The position numbers and the translations under genes were made by a program. Below, in pieces: positions 1 through 13,571 of a stretch of DNA of 64,000 nucleotides. Where the stretch lies: positions 54,932,001 to 54,996,000 of the forward strand of contig OZ024743.1 in the NCBI GenBank assembly GCA_964016885.1. Direction: 5' to 3'. Below the pieces are notes generated by a model. That model saw only the letters and a program-made list of their open reading frames with translations. It did no database searches and had not been told where the DNA came from. This DNA is from Eledone cirrhosa. Taxonomy: Eukaryota. Numbering within the stretch: position 1 is the first letter of the stretch; the number at the start of each line of letters is the position of its first letter.

Positions 1-1287
1 CAATGCAGAGAGACATGTACTATTCAAAAACAGAACATGACTCAGAAATCGATGGTCAGAACATTTCTAAACTCTTCTCAGCAATCCATCTCATCTATCA
101 AGAACCAGTGAAAACAGCTAGACGAGACCCCAGCCCCATAAGAGAAGTTAAAGGTCATAAAATAGCTGAAAAGCGGAAGGGAGGTAGTAGTTGATCTCCC
201 CAGAGATATGAATACTAGTGGGCAAGCACTGCACATCTCTTTGTTCAAACTTGAACACTCTTCGTCGGAACTAAGGAGGAACCAACAGTTACAATCTATT
301 TTGAAGTTGGTGCCATAGTTTTATCAAGGTTTAACAGTGTGAAATCGGAGATCACTGCTTATTGGTATAAAGTAGCACCACAAACTGTATAGTTAAACGA
401 CAGCCGTGGTCGATGTTATATATTATTGAAGTATAAGATATATAGCAGAAGGCTAGCCATTTCTACAGAAGCATACGTAAATCACAAAAGACGCCATTCT
501 GTGGTGTATGATGTTAAAATAGCTAAAGCTTGCAACATTATTCACAAGTCATAAATTTGAAGAGAAATCGACCGACAACTATGAATTTAAAACTGTCATT
601 TTGCTTCCACTTTAGTTGATAGCCTAAAACATTTTTGCCTGGCCTTCTGTATTGACCACGATCTCTTTGAAACCTCCCGCATACACCGCACAGACACAGA
701 CTCACAAGCTCTATGGCCATTAACCGTAAAAGGATAAAACAAAGAAAAACCGAAAGAAGTATTTAGAAAGTAAACAAACAGTAAAATATTCTGGTATCGC
801 CATAAAAAAATAGTTTAATGTTGTATGGTCATCACGGATTTCTTTTATTGCCTTTGCTCGTAATGTCGTTTTTATAACGTTTGTTCATTTAAAGATAGTT
901 TTGTGGCATTTTCGGCGGAGTTGCTACAGCCAAATGTGATACTGCGGAACAGCCAGCACGGCTGCTCTTTTACAACGTTTGTCACATCTGTCAAAAGGAA
1001 GAGAAATCAGTATAGAAAACAGTTATTATTGTCTGATTTATAAACATTATATAACAAATTATTGGTCGTCGTCTCCCCTTTTCTTTCTTCGGTCTTCTTC
1101 AGTGGCAATCGTTGTCAAAATCGGCCATAATTGTCCGTTATATACAGCGTTCATTACGCCCGAGTCATATTAACAGCAACAACAACTTACTGGAACATCT
1201 GTGTGTCAGACCTTTCTCGAATATTTTAATCCACGGACGTTCCTTACACCCATTCCTTCCACTCTTTTTATTATGTATATATATATA

Positions 1288-1478
<191 letters not shown>

Positions 1479-1529
1479 GTATATATACATATCTATATAT
1501 ATATATATGTATATATATATGTATATATG

Positions 1530-1600
<71 letters not shown>

Positions 1601-1603
1601 CAT

Positions 1604-1653
1604 CTGCATAACATTTGAACAACAAGGGAAGAAAACAATAACAATATATATAT

Positions 1654-1712
<59 letters not shown>

Positions 1713-1774
1713 TATATATATATAAATATATATTGTTATTGTTTTCTTCCCTCGTTGTTCAAATGTTATGCAGA
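1604..1774. repeat. ~45-bp inverted repeat flanking a (TA)n tract
   Basis: ctgcataacatttgaacaacaagggaagaaaacaataacaat, then (TA)n, then attgttattgttttcttccctcgttgttcaaatgttatgcag. Confidence 0.85.
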
Positions 1775-2914
1775 AACAAAACGCAGGAAAACTAGAGAAG
1801 TCGATAATAACTGTGGCAGGGACATTTCTCAAATAGATGGTATTTGCCAGGAAACAACTGAATCACTAGCATTATATACTCGTAAAAATCCAGCATATGA
1901 CGTCATTGCTATTACAATTTCCCCCTCCCCCCTATCCGTTATTTCTAACCATTTATCTAAATTTTCTTTCATTTGTGGACAAATGCTGTCACATCTATTG
2001 CAAAGCTGTCAAACATTTCATTCTCCAAGTCTTATAATTAAAATATGAAATGAATTCCATGGAAATTCTTTTGAATTTATTAATATTTGCTTCGCGCTAA
2101 GAAACGCTCTGTGAGTAACTCCACACTTCTTGATAGAAATATTTAAACAGATGAGAAAACTATCATTAAATCGTACTGAGAAAAGCATGTTTCCATTCCT
2201 CTTTCCGTTGCTGGTGTTTTCTGTTGGTTGCAAATCCTGGCAGAAGACAGGCATTGAACCCAGAACTCACAGAGCAAACAGCAAAAAGCCGGACAAAGAA
2301 TCATATACGACTCTTTAATAATTCTAATAATCACCCACCTTGAACTGGTACTATTTTTATTACACTTGAAAAGACGAAAAGCAAAGTTGGCCTCGGAAGA
2401 ATAATAACTTCTCTTTAGAACTTTCACTTTTGTTCATGTTTTCTGTTATAATCTAACTACTTTACCAAGCCTTAGAAAATCTTAGATAAAATCAAATATT
2501 CATAGTACCTACACTAAACTTTCCCATTCCCTTAAAATTTCGGACCTTCTGACTAAATTAATAAGAACTATTAACATAGACGATAAACATCAAGACTTAC
2601 TCCGAGTTGTATGAACTAAACATGGTTACCCACACAGAATTAAACAAACACTGATTCATCTAAAGATAGCCAGAACACTGTGATATATAGCTCTTAGCAT
2701 CCTCTAATAGTTTAGCTAAAAATATTTCAAAACAGGTTTGCTAAATCAAATGTCAATAGTATCTTGATGGATGGACAGAGTGTTGTGAAAAATTACAGTA
2801 TCAAAGAATTTAATTTTTATATAATGTGATTAACTGTTTCATAGATGTTGCATATACTATGTTGTTAACTTAACATTCTGCAATGTGTGCGTGTGTTTAC
2901 GAATGTGTAGGGAT

Positions 2915-3160
2915 GTGTCTCAGTGGATAGAGAATTGGATTCGCAATCGTGAGGAGGTGGTAAGTTCGATTCCCGAGCGATGCATTATATACTTGAGCAA
3001 GACTATTTCACGTTGCTCTTTCTGCCAAGAGTTGCGACAACTGGATAAGATCAGCAATAGAAAGACCAATGGAAACATTGTTTCCTTGCTTCGATTTGAC
3101 GAGCTCCATCCTACAGTGTAGGTGAATGATGCATGGGATCTTGTTGATTGATTAAAAAAC
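2915..3160 (+). mobile_element. degenerate tRNA-derived SINE (a related decayed copy lies on the minus strand at ~2050-2275)
   Basis: A-box-like gtctcagtggatag and B-box-like agttcgattccc, followed by ttgagcaagac as in the copies at 17349 and 34141. Confidence 0.6.
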
Positions 3161-5051
3161 ATGTGTGTGTGTGTTGTGTTGTTGCTTAAATTACGTCTGT
3201 GTATCCACGATACACACATCATGTTATGTGTTTGTACGTGTATTTATGCAAGTGTATTCGTGTGTCGCCTCTCACAAATTTCAGGGAATATGTGTGTGCA
3301 TGTGTATATACACGTCTGTATTGTTGTGCAAAGTACGCCTGTGTATGTATGTGAACGCGTGTGTGTAGTATTTGGTAAAGTATATCTGTATGTACCACGC
3401 GCAGCCTTCAAGTCATATGTGTATGTTCGCTTATTCTTATGTATGTGAGTGTATTGTTGTGTAAAGTATGTTTCTGTATACATGTGTATGACGTGTTTAT
3501 TGTTGTATAGTGTATGTCTGTGTCAGCCCCCCCCCCCACACACACACACAAACACTTCAGGTCAGTAAAGATTGTAAACAACTGAGCTTTTTGTCACATT
3601 TCTTTCCTCATAGAAAGACAGTATTGTTCTAGAATGAGACATCTAACAATATATTCACTCGGAATTTATACTGCTTTCATTGTATTGCTTGTCTTCACTT
3701 CACACAACGCAAATGGGAGGAAAGATGGTTATTAAATTTGGAAACAGCAGAGTTCTCATTCAATCAAATTGAATGCAAATGTTCTAACGGTCATTTGTAT
3801 CTCAGCAAGTTAAACCGAGAAGGATGTTGCAAAACTAAACAAAAATAAAATACTACTACAACTACTACCACTAGTAATAACAACCACTACAACAACAACA
3901 ATTATAATAATAACAATAATAACAACAACATCATTCTTCAACTTCACTCTGCTAGTCAGCTCAAGTCGTCAGTGCCGATGCTAGTCTTTGATTTACAATA
4001 AAACAAAAGATTCCATGGCAACGCTGATGAGGTACTAAATCTTTGATTGTACCGTTATATATTGAGCGTGTATTAAAAAGGAAAAGACAAAAATAGAAAA
4101 CAGAATATACAGAGGAAAAAAAGGAAAAAATGGCGTCCAGAATACAGGACATCAATTGTAATATATTGCCTCAGTTTAGATAAATATTACGGATTAAAGA
4201 CTCGTCAAATGCCATTCGCCTCTTTGCTTTTCAGCCTCGTCAAGTTGTCTTCTAATTAACCCTTATATATCATTTCTGCCACTTCTCTTTAAACATATAT
4301 TTGTTTATAGGCGGAAAAACATTTGGATTTCGAAATCAAGTAATTTCCCTCAAGAATTTCGCTCCATTTCGATTTGTTATTATTTGTTCATATTTAGATT
4401 CTGTCTTATGCCTAATTAAGTTTAATCCTATTTCGTCAGCTCGGCTAATTAAGCTGAATGGACGTATATTACATCAGGGGAAAAAGATTTAAAAGGGTAA
4501 AAAATATATATAAATTAGCGAAAAGAAAATGTCTGACGGTAAGATGTACAATTAATTAACAGGCTTGGTTCGATAATTAATGTTGTCTTCACTACTCTCG
4601 TTTGACACGATCTTCTTCCATTTCTTCTCTCTCTGAGTGAGAAAAATCCATCATTAATTCTGTTTTATTTCATTCAGTTTTGTTTCATATTAGAATGTTC
4701 TACATTAATCAATTTGAAATGTCCCCCGTTTAACACATTAACACCATCATTTAACCAGCCGTCCATTTTGTTAACGCTGCTCAGTCACCTACTATATTTA
4801 GAAATAGAAATATTGTTTAAAACAATTATTTATGAATAAACATTGATGTCTCTGATCGAGACGAAGCGAGAGTATATTTGATTTCATATAAAAATGAGAA
4901 ACTCATCAGTAGGACAGCCGTTAAAACAGCCAAATGCTGTCAATGAAAGCGATGGGCAAAAATGGTGATATACAAGATTATTTATTTTAAATTGACTAAG
5001 TGCCTTCTACTGAACATTGACATTTTTTATCAGTTCAACTCACATACACCA

Positions 5052-5162
<111 letters not shown>

Positions 5163-5166
5163 CGCT

Positions 5167-5201
<35 letters not shown>

Positions 5202-5224
5202 GCACGCGCGCGCACACACACACA

Positions 5225-5274
<50 letters not shown>

Positions 5275-5615
5275 CACATAGACACACAGACACACACACG
5301 CACACACATATATATATGTATATATATTTATATATATTTTCGAGTGTTCGGTGACTAAACCGGCTCCCGCACTAGACCTAGTTCTGGTGAGTAGTGTTAG
5401 TAGTCTGGTGAGTAGTGTTAAAATGGCAGATGAATTCCTCAGAGTCAATGGCTATCCATCCCAACTATGGTTAAATAAGCCTCACCAACCCGCAATTGGC
5501 AAGCGCGGTGAGGAAGGCTACAATCTTGATATGACAGAAATCGGTGAAGGTCAATCAGGGAGAGGTTCTGTTAAAAAGAAAGAAACGGGATTGAATTGGA
5601 TATATATTTATATAC

Positions 5616-5690
<75 letters not shown>

Positions 5691-5696
<6 letters not shown>

Positions 5697-5972
5697 TGTA
5701 ATAAACAATATAAGGCAATTATTCCATTTACCAGTGGTTTCTTAAAAGCAAAAAATTTTGCTTTCAATCATCAGAACGAAAAAATCCTGGTGTAATACAC
5801 CAGGATTTTTTCGTTTTTTTTTTCGTTCTGATGATTGAAAGCAACATTTTTTGCTTTTAAGAAACCACTGGTAAATGGAATAATTGCCTTATGTTGTTTA
5901 TTACATAACTATTAAGCTCTGTCACCTACATAGAGCACTCTTTTTTCCTGGACTTTTCCGACGGAATTACTT

Positions 5973-5975
<3 letters not shown>
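5691..5975 (+). mobile_element. short fold-back PLE-like 3' end with HHR, inserted in (TA)n
   Basis: 5691-5790 is the inverted copy of ~5800-5911. The extra tail (tacatagagcactctttt...ggaatt) is shared with the elements at ~19370-19700 and ~46960-47120. TA tracts on both sides. Confidence 0.8.
5821..5880 (+). ncRNA. type I hammerhead ribozyme (mirror copy 5722-5781, minus strand)
   Basis: uucguu-CUGAUGA-uugaaagca/ugcuuuuaa stem II-GAAA-cc acu gg-UA-aauggaa. Confidence 0.75.
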
Positions 5976-6046
<71 letters not shown>

Positions 6047-6634
6047 TAGATATAGATAGGTAAATATACACGGGTGTGTATGATTGTGTATAGAAGATTA
6101 TATTAATAAGAGGAATTCCAACTTTGTCTGATTTACTCGTTTTATTTACAATCCTTTAAAATATATATAATGGTATTATAATGAAATAGTATGATAGAAT
6201 ATTAAATTCTAAGTGTTAATTGAACAAGTACTTTCATGCTTTCGCAATCTTCAGGTTCATGATATGTGGTGACAGTCGAGTTTGCAATTTTCAACTGTAA
6301 TGAGATGGGTAAATTTCCTACCTTTTATACATTTTATACAGAGAAAAGTGGCTCCAGAATGCAAAGCCCTGTAAACTGTATTTCGACCAATCAGTGTGTA
6401 GTTTCACTGAATTACTACAGCTGATTGGTTTAAGCGTCACGGCTGGTTGAGCATGCTAACGACCAATAGTCATATCCAACGTATCAATTGTTTTGCTTTT
6501 TTGAAATGATGAAAATAGCATTTTCTATTAATCATCACCATCAACATCACTTTTATTATTATTATTATTGTTGTTGTTGTTGTTGTTAGTGGTCGTGGTC
6601 ATAGTGGTAGTAGAAGTAATACCCCTAGGCGTTA

Positions 6635-7540
6635 TTATTGTTCATTTAGCTTGGGTTTGAATTTATCAATAAAATTCTTTTCTTTGATTTTTCTCTTGAT
6701 TTCACTTGGGCTGTGTAATTTGTAGAATGGGAATATTATAAATATTCCCTGACCACATGTTGCCAGGTGGCCGCTTAGGGGTATCTGACGGACATTTGGG
6801 TCTCTGATTTGTTGACGGTGTACCCGTGCACGTTCCGATAGTGCATTTCCAGTTTGACCGACATATAGTTCTTCACAATTCGGGCATTTAATGCAGTAAA
6901 TTAGATTTCTGCTTTTGCAGTTCATATTTGCATTTGTGAATATTTTTCCAGTTTTTGTTTTCATATATTGACCGGCGTGTATGGATTGACATGTGCCGCA
7001 TCGATTATCATTGCATTTAGATACAGTGAATGATTGGTCTTTGTTGTTAAGGTCAAACTTTGCTTTTGTTAGCAATTGCTTCAAATTTTTTGGCTGTCTT
7101 TTACTAAGAGTCAAAGATCGATCTGTGATTAAGCCTTTTAATTCATTACTTTGAGCGATGATCGGTAGGTTTGCTTTGGCAGTGTTGAAGATATTCTGGT
7201 GACATGGGTTGTGTGTCATTATAAATGGTATGACCAGTTCTTGGTTTCTTCTTCTTTGGGTTGTTCTAAGTTGTTGTATAGGTATTTTTATAGCCCGCTG
7301 TATGCCATTTTCTATAAGTAGAGATGGGTATTTTTGTTTGAGCAAAAATTCTCTTAGTTCTGTTAGGCGTTTGTACCTGGTATTCGTATCTTCTACAATG
7401 GTACAAATTCTTCTGGCTAGGCAGTATGGGATGTTGCGTTTTGTATGAGGTGGATGGCACGACTTAAAATTCAGATATTGATGGGTGTCTGTGTGTTTAT
7501 AATATATATCCGTGGTAATGGTGGTGTCGTTTTTTTGAAA
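6635..7540 (-). CDS. PLE polyprotein C-terminal fragment: RT thumb, Cys-rich linker, GIY-YIG endonuclease (open frame, 5'-truncated; Neptune-like by inference)
   Basis: TDIYYKHTDTHQYLNFKSCHPPHTKRNIPY; CNDNRCGTC; NCKSRNLIYCIKCPNCEELYVGQTGNALSERARVH; E..FIDKFKPKLN. Confidence 0.9.
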   Translation of the reverse strand, partial: FQKNDTTITTDIYYKHTDTHQYLNFKSCHPPHTKRNIPYCLARRICTIVEDTNTRYKRLTELREFLLKQKYPSLLIENGIQRAIKIPIQQLRTTQRRRNQELVIPFIMTHNPCHQNIFNTAKANLPIIAQSNELKGLITDRSLTLSKRQPKNLKQLLTKAKFDLNNKDQSFTVSKCNDNRCGTCQSIHAGQYMKTKTGKIFTNANMNCKSRNLIYCIKCPNCEELYVGQTGNALSERARVHRQQIRDPNVRQIPLSGHLATCGQGIFIIFPFYKLHSPSEIKRKIKEKNFIDKFKPKLNEQ

Positions 7541-7544
7541 ATTG

Positions 7545-7999
7545 AAAATTTGAAGCAATTGCTAACAAAAGCAAAGTTTGACCTTAACAACAAAGACCAA
7601 TCATTCACTGTATCTAAATGCAATGATAATCGATGCGGCACATGTCAATCCATACACGCCGGTCAATATATGAAAACAAAAACTGGAAAAATATTCACAA
7701 ATGCAAATATGAACTGCAAAAGCAGAAATCTAATTTACTGCATTAAATGCCCGAATTGTGAAGAACTATATGTCGGTCAAACTGGAAATGCACTATCGGA
7801 ACGTGCACGGGTACACCGTCAACAAATCAGAGACCCAAATGTCCGTCAGATACCCCTAAGCGGCCACCTGGCAACATGTGGTCAGGGAATATTTATAATA
7901 TTCCCATTCTACAAATTACACAGCCCAAGTGAAATCAAGAGAAAAATCAAAGAAAAGAATTTTATTGATAAATTCAAACCCAAGCTAAATGAACAATAA
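7545..7999 (+). pseudogene. inverted duplicate of the GIY-YIG endonuclease coding segment
   Basis: Translation identical to the C-terminus of ORF 6635-7558 from KNLKQLLTKAKF onward. The ORF N-terminus (7445-7544) is antisense RT sequence. Confidence 0.88.
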
Positions 8000-8374
8000 T
8001 AACGCCTAGGGGTATTACTTCTACTACCACTATGACCACGACCACTAACAACAACAACAACAACAATAATAATAATAATAAAAGTGATGTTGATGGTGAT
8101 GATTAATAGAAAATGCTATTTTCATCATTTCAAAAAAGCAAAACAATTGATACGTTGGATATGACTATTGGTCGTTAGCATGCTCAACCAGCCGTGACGC
8201 TTAAACCAATCAGCTGTAGTAATTCAGTGAAACTACACACTGATTGGTCGAAATACAGTTTACAGGGCTTTGCATTCTGGAGCCACTTTTCTCTGTATAA
8301 AATGTATAAAAGGTAGGAAATTTACCCATCTCATTACAGTTGAAAATTGCAAACTCGACTGTCACCACATATCA

Positions 8375-8413
8375 TGAACCTGAAGATTGCGAAAGCATGA
8401 AAGTACTTGTTCA
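8375..8413 (+). ncRNA. minimal type I hammerhead ribozyme in the PLE 3' UTR (mirror 6221-6259, minus strand)
   Basis: ugaac-CUGAAGA-u ugc gaaa gca u-GAAA-guac-UU-guuca, with palindromic stem III AAGUACUU. Confidence 0.88.
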
Positions 8414-8547
8414 ATTAACACTTAGAATTTAATATTCTATCATACTATTTCATTATAATACCATTATATATATTTTAAAGGATTGTAAATAAAACGAGTA
8501 AATCAGACAAAGTTGGAATTCCTCTTATTAATATATATATATATATT

Positions 8548-9179
8548 AATAATGTCCAGCTATCCATGCTTACACCGCGAGTTAAAATCTTCAACTGGCC
8601 CCTACCACGTGTTGCTCTTACACATGACAGCAGTCTCGTCTCAGTGGCGTGAATAGGTATTCGATAACTAGAACAGCAGTCAAATTCCTTTCAACAGAAT
8701 TAGCTCTACAATTAAGGAGCCGTATTTATATATCTATATCCAAAATTAAGATAAATTAAATGAATTTAATCCAAATCGAAATTGTGGGTGTCATACCATA
8801 ACGGCGTGCGCCATATCGCCCGGAAATAAGCTCAAAGATAGGTCCGAGCATTTTATAATAACTAGAAATTGATTAACATATATAAACATGAATAATCACA
8901 GGAGATAATTTTTACAAGCGTGTAACCACGCATAGCAAGTTAGGTAACAAATAAATAGATACCTTTTAATATATGATTAACCTTCCTTGTATATATTCCA
9001 TTACAGAAATATATTTCACCAATTAATCAGATGGTAAGTCACGGAAAGTGGATATTATTGGATTATCAACAAGGAAGAATAATAATGTCCAGCTATCCAT
9101 GCTTACACCGCGAGTTTAAATCTTCAACTGGCCCCTACCACGTGTTGCTAATTCTGTTGAAAGGAATTTGACTGCTGTC

Positions 9180-9181
<2 letters not shown>
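8548..9181. repeat. TA-embedded element with a ~68-bp direct repeat (533-bp period) and a short terminal inversion
   Basis: aatgtccagctatccatgcttacaccgcgag...ccacgtgttgct at 8551 and 9084. Segment 9149-9180 is the inverse of ~8673-8703. Confidence 0.7.
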
Positions 9182-9238
<57 letters not shown>

Positions 9239-9294
9239 TGTCTGTGTGTATGTGTGTGTGTGTGTGAGTGTGTGTGTGCGTGTGTGTATGTATG

Positions 9295-9347
<53 letters not shown>

Positions 9348-9685
9348 TCAAGAGTTCATTCTCCAGTCTCGTTCTTAACAATGAAGATGAAAAAACTTAC
9401 CTATTTTAAATCTTTAATTTTTAGTTTTTAATTCTTATTAATTCTTTTTAATTGTAATGCTCAACATTTGATCAGATGAATTTTACTAATACATCGAAAC
9501 CGGTAACACTTTATATACTTTATATACATTATAAAACACATTTTTAAAAGAATTATCCCTCTCATTTTTTCAATAATGTCACTTTAACGAAAAAAAGGAA
9601 AACAGACCCTTAAATATATTTTCCGTGCTGTTTCCAACTTCTCCTTTTCTCTATAACCAATGTTCTGTATAGATCCTTACATTCC

Positions 9686-9756
<71 letters not shown>

Positions 9757-10523
9757 TTGCCTTCCTTTCATTTAAATCTGAATAAGAAATATTTTTGGTA
9801 GTCATTCAGACCAATTGTAAACTTCGTGTTTATAATGGAATTCAGATTTGCTTCCTAATTTCTGTCTCTTTCACACTGTTTAGTTATGTGTTAAGAGGTT
9901 ATTTTACGGAGACCGTGAGAGAAATTTTTAAAACGTCTAAAAAAAGAAAAAAAAAAAAAGAACCGCGTAAGTTAGCAGGGCATAGATTTTACATGGCAAT
10001 TTAAAGCCTTTGTAGAAGATGGTGGAAGCTATGTCTTGTTAAACAATGTTACACTGAACACTGTAAGGGGGTGTGGATAAAGTTGTTTATAGTGGTAGTG
10101 CTGGTGATGGTCTTGAAGATTGTCGAAGTGGTATGGATTAGGATGTAATAAAGATCATGATAATAATAGTGATATATATGAAATAAAAGATATTATATAG
10201 TATGTAAAGAATTATAAAACCGTGCAAGACACAAACACTAGACACACACAGACACACAACTGTATACATACACGCATGCACAAACGTATATGGACACACG
10301 CATGTTCAGACAAACGTGTACAAGATAGACATACAAATATCCATAGAATTACATTGCTGATTGCACATCTTCTGTAACAAGGTTAGAAATATGTGCATGC
10401 TTAAATATGAGTGTATAAGCAGATATGCATACTCTGTTGCAATAGATTGTATGTATCGATGGGTTTATGAGTGTGTGTGTTCTGTTTTGCTCGATTCTAG
10501 AGGAGAATCTCAAAGTATATGTA

Positions 10524-10577
<54 letters not shown>

Positions 10578-10619
10578 TATTTACACACACACACACACAC
10601 ACACAACATATATATATAA

Positions 10620-10766
10620 AAAAAGTTTCCTGGTTAACCAGCAATCAAAACCAAGTTGCAAAATTATAATATTACAAAATCAAATTAAATTGTTTACAAT
10701 TACAAGTGAAGTCATTCTTTTCCTTTTTTAAATATACATAACTATAGCAAGGATTTCACACATTTA

Positions 10767-10820
<54 letters not shown>

Positions 10821-11097
10821 TAAATGTGTGAGATCCTTGCTATAGTTATGTATATTTAAAAAAGGAAAAGAATGACTTCACTTGTAATTGTAAACAATTT
10901 AATTTGATTTTGTAATATTATAATTTTGCAACTTGGTTTTGATTGCTGGTTAACCAGGAAACTTCTTTAAAAATCTCTCCACCGTTAACAAAGAGCTTAC
11001 TAGATCTACAAAACCAAATTGGAAAATTATAATATTACAAAATTAGATTAAATTGTTTAGAACTACAAGTGAAGTCATTCTTTTCATTTTTTTAAAC
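10620..11097. repeat. ~150-bp inverted repeat around (TA)n plus a third, diverged direct copy
   Basis: 10621-10770 is the inverse of 10817-10963. Segment 11008-11097 resembles 10645-10732. Confidence 0.85.
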
Positions 11098-11099
11098 AT

Positions 11100-11189
11100 T
11101 TTCCTATTACCCACTCTACTACCCTAAGTATTGCGTACTCTGGTGCGTTATGGTCCATCTGGTTCCTTACCACACTTCCTTCGTTATAT

Positions 11190-11190
<1 letters not shown>
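11100..11190 (+). mobile_element. short TA-associated repeat family (other copies 35860-35990 +, 38918-39100 +, 56673-56882 -)
   Basis: shared ttcctattacccactctac...tactctggtgcgttatggtcca.ctggttccttaccaca.ttccttcgtta(TA)n. Confidence 0.85.
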
Positions 11191-11249
<59 letters not shown>

Positions 11250-11759
11250 AAGGGTCAGCAGAAATAGCAACACAATCGGTACAGTATATAGAAGGGATTT
11301 ATATTAGGTTAACGCTTGATGTACCAGGAAGAGGAGCATAACGTTTCGGACACTAGTCTTTCACCAGAAGAAAGAATGATAAATAAGATAGATTGAGGGG
11401 ACGGGCGGGTTCGAATTCTAAAAAAATGTCTTTAGATAACAATAACAGGTCCATTCATGTTGACATCTCTAAGGTAAAGTATGTGTTAGTTAATCAATGA
11501 CACTACTATATTCAGTATAAAGCACTCTACGGATACAAGTGGGCTTGTTTACTCCTGAGTATAATTATAATCATGAAGTTAGAAGTCAAGAAGTTAGAAT
11601 TCACTTCATTTATTCATGTGCTTCCGAGGGTCGGTATGCTTGAGTTGGGCTGTGGGGTGAGCTCCTACTGGCCTACAAAATGTCTCATATAGGTTATGTT
11701 TATCCCCTCTGCGACCAAACTCCCCCCTATGCGTCCCCGTCGCTGCACTGACTCCACCT

Positions 11760-12944
11760 GATTGCGGATTTGGTACGGGTGATGAGAAACGTGTCCCGCA
11801 TGTGCAACTCCGAAGAACTAGAGAGACACATACAACACTTCATCCACCGTATGCAGTTCTCTGGTTACAATCAGAGAGATAAAATCAGAGTGTATAGAGG
11901 AGCCAGAACCAAATGGGAAAAAATGGTAAATAATGACACAAATGGGACCTGCCCCTTGTATAGGAGCAAATTTTGGAATAGAATAGAAAGAACTAGGAAT
12001 AAGGCTAATAGAATAAACTCATGGTATGATAGCAATAAATACCAGAGTGTAATGTTCATCGATACAACCCCTAGAGGTGAATTTGCTTACAAATTTAGAA
12101 GGGTCCTAGATAAACATAAACTCAATATTAAGATAGTAGAAAGACCAGGTACCTCCCCCCATATTAACTGTAAAACTATAAATGTAGTGTATAGCATAAG
12201 ATGTACTGAAGGACAATGTAGAGACAAAAATATAGTGTACATAGGTGAGACAGCTCGTAGTGTAGGGGAACGGGCGAGACCTTCAAGATAGTAAAGAATC
12301 ATCTGTACTCTACCAACATGCTAAAATAGTACATAAGGGTAAATTAGAGAACATAGAAATAAAAATAGAATCTACACACAGAAAAGACGCAATGTTTAGA
12401 CAAATCACAGAGGCAATAAACATAAAAGAATTACAACCAAAATTAAATAGAAAATATGAGTGGAACAGCAACATCACAACTTACAATTAAGGACAAAATG
12501 AAAACACACAGGCACATAGAACAAACAACCAACCGGTAACATGTAAATAAACAAATAAATAAACGAATATAAACACACACAGACACCCGGATGTGGCGCA
12601 TGCGCAGACTGAGCACACAACACACACACACAGAAACAAAATGGCGTCGGACAGAACAAAGGAGAGGCATAAAAACAAAGAAAAGAATCCCCAGTCACTG
12701 AAGAGGTCACAGAATGTGTGACGAAAGAACTTTGACAATATATAAACAACTATCTGGTTGTGGAACCAACCAACCAACCAGAAATTTATAAATTCCTAAA
12801 TTTATAAATTTATTATAATAAATTGAAGTGAAAGTTACTGGTGCGTGTGTTTCTTATTGGCAACATGACCCTCCCTAAGTATAACAATATCGGTTTCAAC
12901 ACACGATTTCAGATAAAGAATCTTGCTAAACAAATTCAGAAACG

Positions 12945-12947
<3 letters not shown>
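11760..12947 (+). mobile_element. Penelope-like element 3' fragment, second family (RT C-terminus, frameshifted GIY-YIG, 3' UTR with HHR)
   Basis: RMQFSGY...PLYRSKFW...SVMFIDTTP; NCKTINVVYSIRCTEGQC..YIGETARSVGER. Ends at (TA)n and is homologous to 40697-41562. Confidence 0.88.
12694..12736 (+). ncRNA. type I hammerhead ribozyme (homolog 40881-40923, minus strand)
   Basis: guca-CUGAAGA-g gucac agaaugu gugac-GAAA-gaac-UU-ugac. Confidence 0.85.
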
Positions 12948-13006
<59 letters not shown>

Positions 13007-13364
13007 TTTGTGTATTTGGAAGTCAAACTGTCAAACAAATAAGCGATGTATGAACATACTCATATATACATATACACTACGTAATAATTGTTTCTACTTT
13101 TGGCACAAGGCCAGCAATTATCCAGTACATTACTGGTACTTTATTTTATCGACCCCGTAAGGATGAAAGGCAAACTTAACAATACCTTTATGTATGAGTT
13201 TACCTATCTATTTGTGTGTTTTATATCTCCAACCTCTAAAAACAAAATCTTTCTAATTTTCTCTTTATGTAAATATCTCTCTTTCACTCCCAATACATAA
13301 TAAGAGAGAAAGACAGAGAAATAAAAGAAAAAAGCTAATGAAAGAAGCGAAAGTGAAAAATATG

Positions 13365-13412
<48 letters not shown>

Positions 13413-13415
<3 letters not shown>

Positions 13416-13505
13416 TGCCCCCCCCCCCCCACCCACCCCACCAAAATGTATACGCATTTCAACAGCATTCTAATAAATATGTGTATACATTTTGGGGGGA
13501 CATCT
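13413..13505. mobile_element. Tc1/mariner-like MITE (related copy 54615-54713)
   Basis: terminal inverted repeats of the cagggtgtccccaaaaatgtatac type, with TA flanks. Confidence 0.6.
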
Positions 13506-13509
13506 TATA

Positions 13510-13571
<62 letters not shown>

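Larger units (their letters stand above)
6101..8533. mobile_element. 5'-truncated Penelope-like element with a ~989-bp inverted duplication (arms 6101-7089 and 7545-8533)
   Basis: Arms are reverse complements and look identical by eye. They encode GIY-YIG plus a 3' UTR with an HHR, and both outer ends abut TA-rich sequence. Confidence 0.93.

Noticed and set aside
3-400. 63-aa ORF at the window start
   Set aside because: It is short, has no motif, and cannot be assigned.
4870-4915. Minus-strand CUGAUGA...GAAA as a hammerhead (similar partial cores at ~38548, 41930 and 57965)
   Set aside because: Stems I and III could not be formed, so these are at best decayed remnants.
7445-7999. Stand-alone 184-aa GIY-YIG gene
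   Set aside because: The N-terminus is antisense RT sequence across the inversion junction, so it is not an independent gene.
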